A DNA stretch of 64,000 nucleotides. It comes from an uncultured Pseudomonadota bacterium (GTDB lineage Bacteria; Oederibacteriota; Muellerivitia; Muellerivitales; Muellerivitaceae). Position 1 is the stretch's first letter, and every line of letters starts with the position of its first letter. The stretch is taken from contig CAWIIP010000002.1 in NCBI GenBank assembly GCA_963836235.1, forward strand, positions 1,056,001-1,120,000. Reading direction: 5' to 3'. Both the position numbers and the translations under genes were made by a program. Shown piece after piece: positions 46,315 to 55,900 of this stretch. The notes under the pieces were generated by a model. The model searched no databases. It was given only the letters and a program-made list of their open reading frames with translations, and had not been told where the DNA came from.

Positions 46315-49300
46315 TTAATGCAAAAGAAGCAGCTTCACCACGCTTCGCTGAGTTCCGACTTCGATGACAACGTAATAGAGGCCGCTGGCCAAGAAATGTT
46401 TCCAGTCATCCGTTAACTCGAACTTCAACGGGCCGTAAGACACGGACTGGTAGGTGGTTTCCTTCACCTTCCGGAAAGCCGTTGTGAAAAGCTGTATCTT
46501 GACGTCTTGATTTCCCACATAGGGGGGAGGCAGAACGCTCACCGGCCCCCCACTAGACGGGTTAGGAAAAAGGACTGGAGTATATCCCGGCAGGGGCGTC
46601 AAGATCGCTGTGGGCGTATAGGTTGAGGCGGGGCCCAATGTTGGGGTGGAACTGATTGTTGACGAAGGCGTCGCTGTAACCATCACCACCGTGATCGTAG
46701 CTCCGTTAAGTGTCGTTGGGTTAAACAGGACCGGCTGTCCATTGTTCCCCGTCTCGTTTGTGATACTGAATGAATAGTTTCCCACCGCCGTATTCGAGAA
46801 ATTTGCCTGTACCTGATAGGTCACCGCTCCATTGCTTGCGGGAATCGTATCGCTAAAGTTAAAGACGGCGTTGGATCCAGTGAAGCTAGCCGTTGATACC
46901 GACACGCCGTTTTTCAAGAGCGTAACCGAAGTAATCCCTGACGTCGTTGCTCCCGTTTCCGTCAAAGTTAGACTCGTCAGATTCACCGGGCTGATACCCG
47001 GATTTGTCATGACGATCTGTTCCAACGATACTCCCGAAGCTCCCGGCAATTGCGAGCTGTTGCCTGGGGGAGATGATCCTTGTGAAACTTCCACCGTCAC
47101 CGGCGTAGGCGACGGGGTCGGCGTATTCGTGGGAGTTCCCGTATTTACCAGGGTGTTGGTAACCGTAGAAGTAACCGTTCGAGTCGCGCTATTAGTCGCG
47201 GTAGAGGTGGGGGTCTCCGTTGCTGTATTCGCCAAAGTGTTGGTAAAAGTCGGCGTCGCCGTATTACTCGGCGTATAAGTCAAGCTATTGGTAACGGTTT
47301 CTGTTGCCGTCCAAGTCGGGCTGGCCGTGGAAGTCGAAGCGGCGGTGCGTGTGGCGCTTGCTGTCGCCGTATCCGTCGAAGTATTCGTGGTGGTAGCGGT
47401 TGGCGATCCCGTAGCCGTGTTGGTGCCGGTGTCCGTGGTGGTGGACGTGGCCGTGTTCGTTTCTGTCTTGGTCGTGGTAAAAGAAGGCGTTGGAGTCAAT
47501 GAAGGGCTCAAAGTTCCCGTAGGACTTAAAGTTGGTGTATCTGTAATTGTGAAGGTAGCCGTATTCGTCGCAGTCGGGGTCGCTGTATTCGTAGGCGTAT
47601 TGGTTGCCGTATTCGTGGTGGTCGACGTGGTTGTGCCGGTTGCCGTGGAAGTGGTCGTGCGGGTAGCCGTAGGAGTTGCCGTGTTGGTCAGCGTATTGGT
47701 AAGAGTGTTGGTAGGTGTAGTCGTCGGGCTATTGGTAGCTGTCGCTGTTGCCGTACGTGTGGTCGTGTTGGTGGGACTATTGGTCTCTGTGCTAGTTACC
47801 GTATTAGTCAAAGTATTGGCCAAGGTGTAGGTAGGGGTGGCCGTTTGGCTGTTAGTAACCGTAGCCGTTGCTGTTCGCGTCCCCGTATTAGTGGCCGTGT
47901 TTGTAGCCGTAAAGGTGGCGGTGGAAGTCGGTGTTAATGTTAAGGTTCGGGTAGCTGTGTTCGTGGATGTAAATGTGGAGGTTGAAGTTGGCGTGTTGGA
48001 AGCCGTGTTGGCCAAAGTCGTAGTCGGCGTCGCAGTCGGGGTTTTGGTGGCCGTAGAAGTCGGACTCCAAGTGGCCGTCGGGGTTGTTGTGTTTGTCCCG
48101 GTGCCGGTAGCACTATAAGTCGGCGTCACAGTAACCGTTCTAGTCGATGTGTTAGTGACAGTTACCGTGGGACTGTTGGTGCGGGTATTCGTTGGCGTAT
48201 TCGTGGCTGTTAGAGTCATTGTATGGGTAGGGGTCCCCGTGAAAGTAAAAGTAGGACTATTGGTCGGAACGGGTGAACCGGCAGAAGGACAGGTAGGCAC
48301 AGGTGTTGCCAGGAAAGTAGAAACAGCGGCACCCCAGGCGGTTGGAGCGAAGCTACCCGTATATAAATTAGGACAGGAACTGTTGGTCATGGACCATGCC
48401 GTGCCGCCCGCGATGCCCGATGTGCCGGTCAGCCAAGGAAAGATGTTGGCGTCAAAAGTAGTATTATCCGTATTGCAACTCGTGGAAGGACCATACTCCC
48501 CCACAAAAACCGGGTAACTCGACAAAAGACTGCTTGGCACCTCGGCGTTCCAACTTGTGGAGGACGTTCCATCGTTATTGCCATAAAGGTGCGCGGCGAA
48601 AGCCACGCCGTTTCCCGTGTTCGTTACCGAAGCGGCGGGAAGCCCGTTTAAATTGGCACACCAATGCAGGCCTCCCATCAAACAAACATTATTGGCTCCG
48701 GCGCCGCGCACTGCGTTCAGGAGAGCCTGCATTCCCGGGGTGGAAAAAGAAGCTCCTGTCAAAGTGCCGCCATTCAGCCAAATGTCATAACCATTCGTAT
48801 CAACGGTCGGCGAGGTGTCTTTTCCAGAATCATAAGGTTCATTATAAAGGTCAAAAAGAACCGCCGAATTGCCAGCGTAAACCCCAGCCACCGAACTCCA
48901 AAAGGTGACGGCGTTGGCGTCCGCCATCGGCTGTTGTTTGGTCGTGGCGGCGGTTCCCCATCCGGTTCCGCAGGGGGACGTAGCCGCAGAGGATTCCCCC
49001 GACCAATGAAGGTCAAGGAGGACATAAACGTTGTTGTTGGCGCACCAGGTTACGATACCGTTCACGATGCTGCGGTAGTTAGAACCATTCGTGTCTGTGT
49101 CGCCACAACCGAACCAATAGTCTTGGTTCATTGGCAACCGGATGAAGTTTGAATCCCATCCTGTCACCGCCTCTTGCGCTACGCTCAGAAGGGTTCCTGG
49201 CCAGCTTCCGTTAGTCCCCGTGGAGGAAAACTCCAGCCCGTCCACATCGACACCCTTCAGCAAGATAGAGCAACCGCTGCTCGTTTGAAGCTTGTTACCC

Positions 49301-49395
49301 GAAACCTGAAGCACCGGAGGAGCCGCATAAATAACCGTGGCTAAAGAGAAAAGAATAAAACTTATAGCTAATAGGTATGGTTTTAGATTTTGAAT
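46315..49395 (-). CDS. GH5 cellulase-like + stalk + Ig-like module + CTD; start is non-canonical or frameshifted
   Basis: NFIRLPMNQDYW, LLDLHW, LFDLYNEP, AAHLY, VFVGEYG. A signal peptide is in frame upstream of GTG 49314 back to ATT 49395. Confidence 0.85.
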   Translation of the reverse strand: MQNLKPYLLAISFILFSLATVIYAAPPVLQVSGNKLQTSSGCSILLKGVDVDGLEFSSTGTNGSWPGTLLSVAQEAVTGWDSNFIRLPMNQDYWFGCGDTDTNGSNYRSIVNGIVTWCANNNVYVLLDLHWSGESSAATSPCGTGWGTAATTKQQPMADANAVTFWSSVAGVYAGNSAVLFDLYNEPYDSGKDTSPTVDTNGYDIWLNGGTLTGASFSTPGMQALLNAVRGAGANNVCLMGGLHWCANLNGLPAASVTNTGNGVAFAAHLYGNNDGTSSTSWNAEVPSSLLSSYPVFVGEYGPSTSCNTDNTTFDANIFPWLTGTSGIAGGTAWSMTNSSCPNLYTGSFAPTAWGAAVSTFLATPVPTCPSAGSPVPTNSPTFTFTGTPTHTMTLTATNTPTNTRTNSPTVTVTNTSTRTVTVTPTYSATGTGTNTTTPTATWSPTSTATKTPTATPTTTLANTASNTPTSTSTFTSTNTATRTLTLTPTSTATFTATNTATNTGTRTATATVTNSQTATPTYTLANTLTNTVTSTETNSPTNTTTRTATATATNSPTTTPTNTLTNTLTNTATPTATRTTTSTATGTTTSTTTNTATNTPTNTATPTATNTATFTITDTPTLSPTGTLSPSLTPTPSFTTTKTETNTATSTTTDTGTNTATGSPTATTTNTSTDTATASATRTAASTSTASPTWTATETVTNSLTYTPSNTATPTFTNTLANTATETPTSTATNSATRTVTSTVTNTLVNTGTPTNTPTPSPTPVTVEVSQGSSPPGNSSQLPGASGVSLEQIVMTNPGISPVNLTSLTLTETGATTSGITSVTLLKNGVSVSTASFTGSNAVFNFSDTIPASNGAVTYQVQANFSNTAVGNYSFSITNETGNNGQPVLFNPTTLNGATITVVMVTATPSSTISSTPTLGPASTYTPTAILTPLPGYTPVLFPNPSSGGPVSVLPPPYVGNQDVKIQLFTTAFRKVKETTYQSVSYGPLKFELTDDWKHFLASGLYYVVIEVGTQRSVVKLLLLH

Positions 49396-49745
49396 TTTTC
49401 CATGTCCTTAAAAACGTTTTCAGACGCAATGAAATACAACTCTCAAAAATAAACCTTCGGCAGACCCTTGATTGAAACCTTTTTAAATTAAATCGCAGTT
49501 GTTTCAGGAAGTCAAAAAATAATCGTTAGGGCAAAAACACTACCGTAAGCCACTTGATCATTAAAGTAACCAAACTCTTTTTGTTTAGTGAAAACCTTGA
49601 ACTTCGCTTTTTTGTAAAAGCGCTCTTATCGGAGTAATTTTCGTTAAATCAGCTTTATCAACAACTCTTCGATTCGGCTTCCCTAGAATTTCGAAAGGAA
49701 AAAGCATAGACTTCGCCCGCAAAAATAATTCTGCGAGGAGAAATT

Positions 49746-50453
49746 ATGTCTGAAACTTTCCTTATTACAGGCGCCAACCGTGGTATCGGATTGGCTGTCA
49801 CTCGGGTCCTGTTGGACCAAGGGGATAAGGTGTTTGCCGCCTGCCGCCAACCTCAAAAGGCCCAGGAATTAATCACTCTTCAAAAAACTCATGGGAAAAA
49901 CCTGGAGTTGGTTGCTCTTGATGCGGCTTCAGACTCTTCCGTAGTTGCCGCCGCGAAAGAAGTGGCCAAAAAAACAGACTATCTGGATGTGCTTTTCAAT
50001 AACGCCGGCATCTCCTTGCAGCCCTACAACGCTTCCCTCGAACAGGTGGAAATCCCAAAAATGCGGGAATCTTTCGAAGTTAATACCTTAGGACCCCTGA
50101 GGGTTTCGCAAACTTTTCTCCCTTTATTAAAGAAAGCCAAAAACCCCCGCCTCATCAACATGACTTCCGGCTTGGGTTCCCTTTCGGGAAAAGCCGAGGG
50201 CGGCTTTTACGCCTATGGGGTTTCCAAGGCCGGCTTAAACATGCTCACCCGTACCATGGCCTTTGACCTTCAAAAAGATAATGTGGTTTGTGTTTGCCTG
50301 GATCCGGGGTGGGTCCAGACCGACATGGGTGGGCCCGGCGCTCCCTTGAAACCAGAGGAATCCGCCACAGCCATTGCCAAGACCTTGAAAGGCCTGACGA
50401 TGAAGCAAACTTCTCTCTTTATTTATAACAACGGCCAGGAATTAAAGTGGTAG
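49746..50453 (+). CDS. Short-chain dehydrogenase/reductase (CsgA/C-factor-like)
   Basis: ITGANRGIG, NNAG, YGVSK, DPGWVQTDMGG. GAGGAG RBS. Confidence 0.92.
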   Translation: MSETFLITGANRGIGLAVTRVLLDQGDKVFAACRQPQKAQELITLQKTHGKNLELVALDAASDSSVVAAAKEVAKKTDYLDVLFNNAGISLQPYNASLEQVEIPKMRESFEVNTLGPLRVSQTFLPLLKKAKNPRLINMTSGLGSLSGKAEGGFYAYGVSKAGLNMLTRTMAFDLQKDNVVCVCLDPGWVQTDMGGPGAPLKPEESATAIAKTLKGLTMKQTSLFIYNNGQELKW

Positions 50454-50487
50454 ACGTTCAGAACCTTTAAAACCTCCTAAATCCATC

Positions 50488-50517
50488 GGAACTATTTACG
50501 GCCAAAATACGTCTATA
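50488..50517 (+). promoter_or_regulatory. Candidate ECF promoter GGAACT-N16-CGTCTA
   Basis: Matches the generic ECF -35 AAC / -10 CGTC pattern. Upstream of the small secreted protein. Confidence 0.5.
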
Positions 50518-50577
50518 GTATGCGTCTGGTTTGACGCAAACCGGAGCTAGATGTAATCAATCTTGAGGAGGATTTTC

Positions 50578-50886
50578 ATGGAGATGAAAGGTTATTTGCG
50601 TAAGGTGGTTTTGGGAGCTGGCGTACTCGGCTTAATGGCGATGCCGATGGTGGCGAAAGCCGGTGTTGACTTAAGCGTTAATATCGGGGGCGACGATCAG
50701 GCCCACTTTGACTTCAATGGGGGAATGGGGCATCACCACCCAATGATTTGGAAAGCCGCCCAACAGTTGCGGAACGCCAAACACACCCTCTGGAACGCCG
50801 CTAACGATTTCCACGGCCATAAGGCGGATGCGATTGGGGCCATCAACGCGGCCTTGGATCAACTCAAGACTTGCGAACAACAATAA
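50578..50886 (+). CDS. Small secreted His-rich helical protein, function unknown
   Basis: GAGGAGG RBS; signal peptide ending AKA; HHHPMIWKAAQQLRNAK...NDFHGHKADAIGAI. Confidence 0.7.
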   Translation: MEMKGYLRKVVLGAGVLGLMAMPMVAKAGVDLSVNIGGDDQAHFDFNGGMGHHHPMIWKAAQQLRNAKHTLWNAANDFHGHKADAIGAINAALDQLKTCEQQ

Positions 50887-50901
50887 TTTTAAAAGAACTT
50901 T

Positions 50902-50932
50902 AAAGGCCACCGGTACCCCGGTGGCCTTTTTT
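50902..50932. terminator. Bidirectional intrinsic terminator
   Basis: AAAGGCCACCGG-tacc-CCGGTGGCCTTT followed by a T run, between convergent genes. Confidence 0.85.
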
Positions 50933-53900
50933 ATTTCCTTTTCAACCGGTATTTATTCTTGTTCCTGTTTTTAACCTTGGACTTCTTCACAACCCTCTTC
51001 TTTTTCGAAACTTTCTTGCGAAGTGAACGTAAACCTTTCCCCGACGATAGCCAAGCGGCTACCACATTCTCGATACGGGACGCTTTCGCCCACTGAAGGG
51101 CTCCCTCCATCTCCTCGGCGGAAAATCGCGATTGAAGCTCCATCGAAAAGGCCACGATGCGGTCTTTGCTCTCTTGCCGACAGGTGGGATGGTTTAAAGC
51201 CGCCAAAAGAAAGCTGATCGCCTGCCGTTCATCCCCCTCGTCCTTTAAGAGCTGAGCGATTCCGATGAGGGCGTCCACCATGAGGGGAATCAGCTTGCAA
51301 TCCAGTGCGATGCGCATGGCTTTCTGGAAATGAAGGCATGCCGCATCCATGCTTTCTTGGCGCAAAGCCACATCGCCAAGTCGGATATGAGATACCACCT
51401 GGCCCACGGTCTCCCGGCGCAGATCGAAACCACGCAGGCTTTTCCGGAACAAGTCCTTGGCTTCCTTCCAATTTTCCCGGAAAACAGCTACTGTTCCCAG
51501 GTGGTGCTGGTGCCAAGCCATTCCTTGGACGTTGGGTCCTTCCATGGCCCAGAGGCTGTAAGCCCGTTGATAGGACTTTTCTGCACCCCGGTCATCCATT
51601 TGGGCCAACTGGACGTTCCCCGTCAGGTCCATGATGAGGGATTCGCCCCGGATATCACCAAGCTTCCGGTAATCGACTAGGGCTTCCTCATAAAGATGGA
51701 GAGCTTCCGGGTAATCCCCCGTAGCCCAAGAAACCTGGCCCAGCAACCCCTTAGACCAGGCCACGGCCCGCGAATCCCCCAGGTCGCTGGAGATGGCCAT
51801 TCCTTCTCGGAACATCTGCCGGGCGCCGGCGTAGTCCCCGAACATGACCGCCTCATGGCCCAGGCTGTGAAACGACCAGGCGATTCCCTTGCGGTCGCCA
51901 ATTTCCAGGTAAGCTGAAAGGCCTTTCTGGTAATGGGCCCGGGCTTCCTCAAAACGCCCCACGTCGTGAAGAATATCGCCCAGAAGATTGTGGGAATAAG
52001 CTTGGGACCTCAGGTCCTTGTCGGCCAGGGAGTAAGCCAGGCTTTTTTTCACCAGTTCGGTAGCCTGGGAATGGCGCCCCAGCCGGTTTTCAATATGCCC
52101 CAAATTATTGAGGGACCAAACAATGCCAAAATGGTCGCGCACCCGATGATAGGCTTGATAACCTTTAGTGTAACAAGTCTTGGCTTTCTCATAGTGTCCT
52201 TGGGTTTCATTGACGATACCCAACCCGCTGAAAGCGAACCCCGCTCCTTTCAGATCTGAAGCCGATTGGTAAAGACGAAGGCTCTCTTCAAAAAAATTTT
52301 GGGCTATCTTGGGCCGGCCTAAAAGGTTTTCAAAGAAACCCGAATAAGCTTTTAACCGGGCCAAAAGGATTTGGGCGCTCTTGGGACTCGAGGAGACACC
52401 GTCATATTTTTTCCGAACACCCTCCACGGCCGCTTGAAAGTTTTCCTTAGCCTCCTGAAACCAGCCCTTGGTCTCAAACAGGAAAAAAAGCGACCCCAGG
52501 TAGGCGTCCATCTCCGGCTCCATTAATTGCTCCAAGGCCCTTTTCCAACCCTCCCGAATATTCCCAATCTCCTCCGTCAAATCCTCGACGACTTTTTTTT
52601 GGCCGGACCCATATAAGTTTTCCTCTTTTTTTTTCATTAGTTGGGCGAAATAAAAGCAATGGGCGTTGAAGACTTTTTCCCTTTCGGTGGAGTCGTCGAA
52701 TAATTTCTCCTTCGCGTAATACTTCAACAATTCATGGATCTCAAAGCGCCCATTGCTGCGGACCCGCAGAAGGGATTTGTTCGCCAGGTAAAGCAAAAGA
52801 TTTTCCGTGGCTCCCGCGACCTTTCGGGCCGCCTGCTCGCTGAAGCTTCCCCTGAAAACGGATATCCCACGGAGAACTTTTTTTTGGACCTCGGAAAGTA
52901 GTATCCAGGAATACTCGAACACTGCCCGGAGAGACCGGTGACGGGCAGGCAAATGCGGCATGGAAGTCGCCAGGAAATCCCGGCTGCTTTCTATTTTTTC
53001 GGCGATCTGGGATAAAGATAGGCTCGGCACCCAGGTGGCGCAAAGTTCCAGCCCCAGGGGCATGCCTTCTAAAAGGCGGCAAATTTCAAGCAGCGGTCTC
53101 CGGTCTTCCGGCTTGAGGGAAAAGTGAGGTTGGATTCGGTGTGAGCTTTTTAAAAAAAGCTGGACAGCGGAAGAAGCTTCCATTCCCTCGGTCCGGCCAT
53201 CGGAGGGATAACGGAGCCCTTTGACCTCCATCACTTTTTCCCCTTCAATCCCCAGGCTTTCACGGGAAGTGACGAGAATCTTCAGCCGAGGGGCACCATT
53301 GAGCATTTGTTCCACCCATTCGGAACCTTCGATGATGTGCTCAAAGTTGTCCATCACGAGAAGCATTTGCTTTTCCTTGAGATGGTTCAAAAGCTGGATT
53401 TTTGCGTCTTCCGGGCCTGCAAAGAAAAATTTGATGGCGCTGGCGATGCTCCCTACCATCAATTGACCGGACAAAAGGGGCGCCAGCGCAATCACATAAG
53501 TCCCGTCTTCGAATTTTTCGATCAAGTCCGCTGCCGCTTGGAGGGCCAGTCGGGTTTTCCCAAACCCACCCGGCCCCAAGAGGGTAATGAGCCGGGTAGA
53601 AGAATGAAGCAGGAGCTTCTCGATTTCCTCCATTTCCTCTTCTCTCCCAAAAAAAGGAGAACTTTGTGGAAGAAAGTTCTGTGGATAATTTTGAAGGGAT
53701 TCTGGGGGCTGGGTCGTTTCGAGGTTGAAATCGGGATGGATCAGGGAATAAATGTTTTGGGGTTCGCTCAAATCCTTGAGAAAGTGGGTGCCCATATCCT
53801 GGAGTCTGGCTCCGGGCGGCAGGGGGACAAAATGGACGGCGGGAACCGTCAGAAGGATTTGGCTGCCCCGGGCGGCGTCCAAGAGTTTAAGCGCATGGCT

Positions 53901-54218
53901 GAAATCGGGGCCAAAATAATTTTGGCCCAGGGGTTCGGCATCACCCACATGGATGGACACTCGAAGACCTGCTTTCCCGAACCGATCCCACAAATGGCTT
54001 TGGAAGTCTTTTTGTAAGGCAATAGCGGCTTTGGCGGGTTCACCACCCTCGAAGATTCCCAATACACCGGTGGGTGTCCGTCGCATCCAATGGACGCCGT
54101 TGGCATAGAGGGTCTCTTCAATGAGGAAATGCTGACAGGCCAGGATATGATCCACCTCGGTAGTGCCCCGTTCCTTGAATACCGACGCGTGATCGATTTC
54201 CGTGAAAAGAAAAATCAT
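50931..54218 (-). CDS. STAND-type protein: degenerate class III cyclase-like domain + NB-ARC/AAA ATPase + TPR array
   Basis: FFGREEE, GPGGFGKTRLA (Walker A), LLVMDNFEH (Walker B), LEGMPLGLEL, RHRSLRAVFEYSW, and multiple TPRs. Confidence 0.88.
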   Translation of the reverse strand: MIFLFTEIDHASVFKERGTTEVDHILACQHFLIEETLYANGVHWMRRTPTGVLGIFEGGEPAKAAIALQKDFQSHLWDRFGKAGLRVSIHVGDAEPLGQNYFGPDFSHALKLLDAARGSQILLTVPAVHFVPLPPGARLQDMGTHFLKDLSEPQNIYSLIHPDFNLETTQPPESLQNYPQNFLPQSSPFFGREEEMEEIEKLLLHSSTRLITLLGPGGFGKTRLALQAAADLIEKFEDGTYVIALAPLLSGQLMVGSIASAIKFFFAGPEDAKIQLLNHLKEKQMLLVMDNFEHIIEGSEWVEQMLNGAPRLKILVTSRESLGIEGEKVMEVKGLRYPSDGRTEGMEASSAVQLFLKSSHRIQPHFSLKPEDRRPLLEICRLLEGMPLGLELCATWVPSLSLSQIAEKIESSRDFLATSMPHLPARHRSLRAVFEYSWILLSEVQKKVLRGISVFRGSFSEQAARKVAGATENLLLYLANKSLLRVRSNGRFEIHELLKYYAKEKLFDDSTEREKVFNAHCFYFAQLMKKKEENLYGSGQKKVVEDLTEEIGNIREGWKRALEQLMEPEMDAYLGSLFFLFETKGWFQEAKENFQAAVEGVRKKYDGVSSSPKSAQILLARLKAYSGFFENLLGRPKIAQNFFEESLRLYQSASDLKGAGFAFSGLGIVNETQGHYEKAKTCYTKGYQAYHRVRDHFGIVWSLNNLGHIENRLGRHSQATELVKKSLAYSLADKDLRSQAYSHNLLGDILHDVGRFEEARAHYQKGLSAYLEIGDRKGIAWSFHSLGHEAVMFGDYAGARQMFREGMAISSDLGDSRAVAWSKGLLGQVSWATGDYPEALHLYEEALVDYRKLGDIRGESLIMDLTGNVQLAQMDDRGAEKSYQRAYSLWAMEGPNVQGMAWHQHHLGTVAVFRENWKEAKDLFRKSLRGFDLRRETVGQVVSHIRLGDVALRQESMDAACLHFQKAMRIALDCKLIPLMVDALIGIAQLLKDEGDERQAISFLLAALNHPTCRQESKDRIVAFSMELQSRFSAEEMEGALQWAKASRIENVVAAWLSSGKGLRSLRKKVSKKKRVVKKSKVKNRNKNKYRLKRK

Positions 54219-54455
54219 TACTTTCCTTTCTCAAACGTCCATTCCTAACGGGGGGCAACTAACCAAAGGCCTTCCACGATGTCGACCTCTATTATATCTG
54301 ATGATCCCACCCGACGCTTGAAGAAGGCTTCTCCGGTGAAAGGGCTTCTGTTAATATCGCCTTTCCAACTCACCCCCCCCGAGGTCCGGACTATCAGTCT
54401 CAAAACATCAACTCGAACTTTTGGGGATTTGGCAGTATTTATAACGAGGATCGGC

Positions 54456-55802
54456 ATGTTCCATTGGAAGAAAAACGAAATAGGCGCTTCGAGATTCCTC
54501 ATCGTTTTTGCTCTTCTCTCCCTGGCTTTTGGCTTTCGTTTTTTCTTTGGGCTTCATTGTCCCGCGACGATTATCGATGAGGATGAGATCCAAACCTATC
54601 TTATCGGCCTAAAATCTTATACGACCCACACTTGGCCCTATTTCGGCACGGATATGCGAAGCGGCGGGGGGGAATACCAGGGCCAAATGGCCGGGGCCTT
54701 AGAGGGCCTTCTGGTTTCCATCCCCTTGTGGATTTGGCCCACCCCAGAGTCGCCTTACCTATTCGTGAATATCCTCTCCTTTCTCGCTTTGGCCTTATGG
54801 GGCTGGTACTGTTACAAGCGCACCCCCGGTCTCCCGCCCTGGCTTCTTTTCACTTGGCTTTTCATTGCCCCTTGGACTACTCATTTTTCAACCCAAATCA
54901 TGAACCAATCCTATTCCCTCGTCGGCGCCATCTTATTTTTTCTCGGTTTGATGGAATCCCTTCCGGTCCTAAGCCTGGGTTGGCTTTCCTCGCGTCCGGC
55001 CAATTTCCTGATGGGATTCGGTTTCTTTTGGTTGATGCAGCTCCATATGTCCTGGGTAATGTTTGTGCCATTCCTGGCCTATTCCCTTTATATCCAATGG
55101 AAATCCGGAACCGGTAAGACCGCCCTCGGATACGGTATCCTCGGTGCGATTCCGATGTTAACCTTACTCGCCCCGACTTATCTGAAATATGGGTTCACGA
55201 CTTCAGAAAATATTCGGGGTTATTCTTCGCTTTTCAACTACTCAAACATGAAAAGCTTTTTCGACATTTTGTCCCGGTATCTTTCCTTTGCCAGTTTTGA
55301 ATTGCCTAGGTTTATTGGAGCCAATAATCACGATCGGTGTGAATACCTCATGAAAACTCCCTGGTTGGCGGGGCCAGGGTTCGTCCTTTGGGGCACGGGA
55401 ATATTGCAAGCTTCATCCCTGCTTGTCCTGGGTTTTTTCCCAAAGCCGGGCCGGAAAGATTGGAATGAGATAAGAACCATTTCCCTTTTTTTTTTCCTGG
55501 TGATTTATATTTTTTTCTGGTTTTCGGCCCAACCTCCCGCTTCCTATCGTTATTATGAAGTTCTTCCCCTCGTGATGCTTTATTCCTTTTACTGTTGGGA
55601 AAGTCTGGCCAATAAAACTTTCTGGCGTATAGTTGGCGTGGTATTCATCACGACGGCAGTTCTTTTCCAGCTAGGGTATGCCATTAGAAATAACAAAGAA
55701 GGCACTTCGGTTTACGACCGATATCGGGGCCGAATGGAAAAGGCTCTTACCCACAATGATTATCGCTTAATGGCCGAGAGAAGGCCTTACGCCCTCTATT
55801 AG
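54456..55802 (+). CDS. Polytopic membrane protein, GT-C/PMT-ArnT-like glycosyltransferase (paralog 1)
   Basis: ATG 54456 with GAGGA RBS; many TM helices; DEDEIQTYLIGLKSY...WPYFG after TM1; C-terminal YRLMAERRP. Confidence 0.6.
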   Translation: MFHWKKNEIGASRFLIVFALLSLAFGFRFFFGLHCPATIIDEDEIQTYLIGLKSYTTHTWPYFGTDMRSGGGEYQGQMAGALEGLLVSIPLWIWPTPESPYLFVNILSFLALALWGWYCYKRTPGLPPWLLFTWLFIAPWTTHFSTQIMNQSYSLVGAILFFLGLMESLPVLSLGWLSSRPANFLMGFGFFWLMQLHMSWVMFVPFLAYSLYIQWKSGTGKTALGYGILGAIPMLTLLAPTYLKYGFTTSENIRGYSSLFNYSNMKSFFDILSRYLSFASFELPRFIGANNHDRCEYLMKTPWLAGPGFVLWGTGILQASSLLVLGFFPKPGRKDWNEIRTISLFFFLVIYIFFWFSAQPPASYRYYEVLPLVMLYSFYCWESLANKTFWRIVGVVFITTAVLFQLGYAIRNNKEGTSVYDRYRGRMEKALTHNDYRLMAERRPYALY

Positions 55803-55900
55803 CCCTACTTTGGATAATCGATGATGGTTGTGGGTCTATAAGGTTAAAAAGAAAACGAACGGCGGGTAGCGGGGCTTTACATTTTTTTGAAGAGGTGGTC

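Noticed and set aside
3658-48517. Many long Val/Ala/Gly-rich + strand ORFs (e.g. 6815..8029, 12152..13696, 15741..17060, 40606..41604; also 60538..60936 on the - strand)
   Set aside because: They are antisense shadows of the Thr/Ser/Pro codons in the stalks and lie wholly within well-supported genes.
1-49395. Classical SusC/SusD polysaccharide utilisation locus
   Set aside because: There is no TonB-dependent transporter, SusD or hybrid two-component system in the window; they could lie outside it.
50495-50560. c-di-GMP-I riboswitch suggested by GACGCAAA
   Set aside because: The GNRA-capped P2 stem and the rest of the consensus are not evident.
54279-54455. N-terminal extension of GT-C paralog 1 (likewise 63005..63079 of the SDR)
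   Set aside because: The downstream ATGs have an RBS or translational coupling and match paralog lengths.
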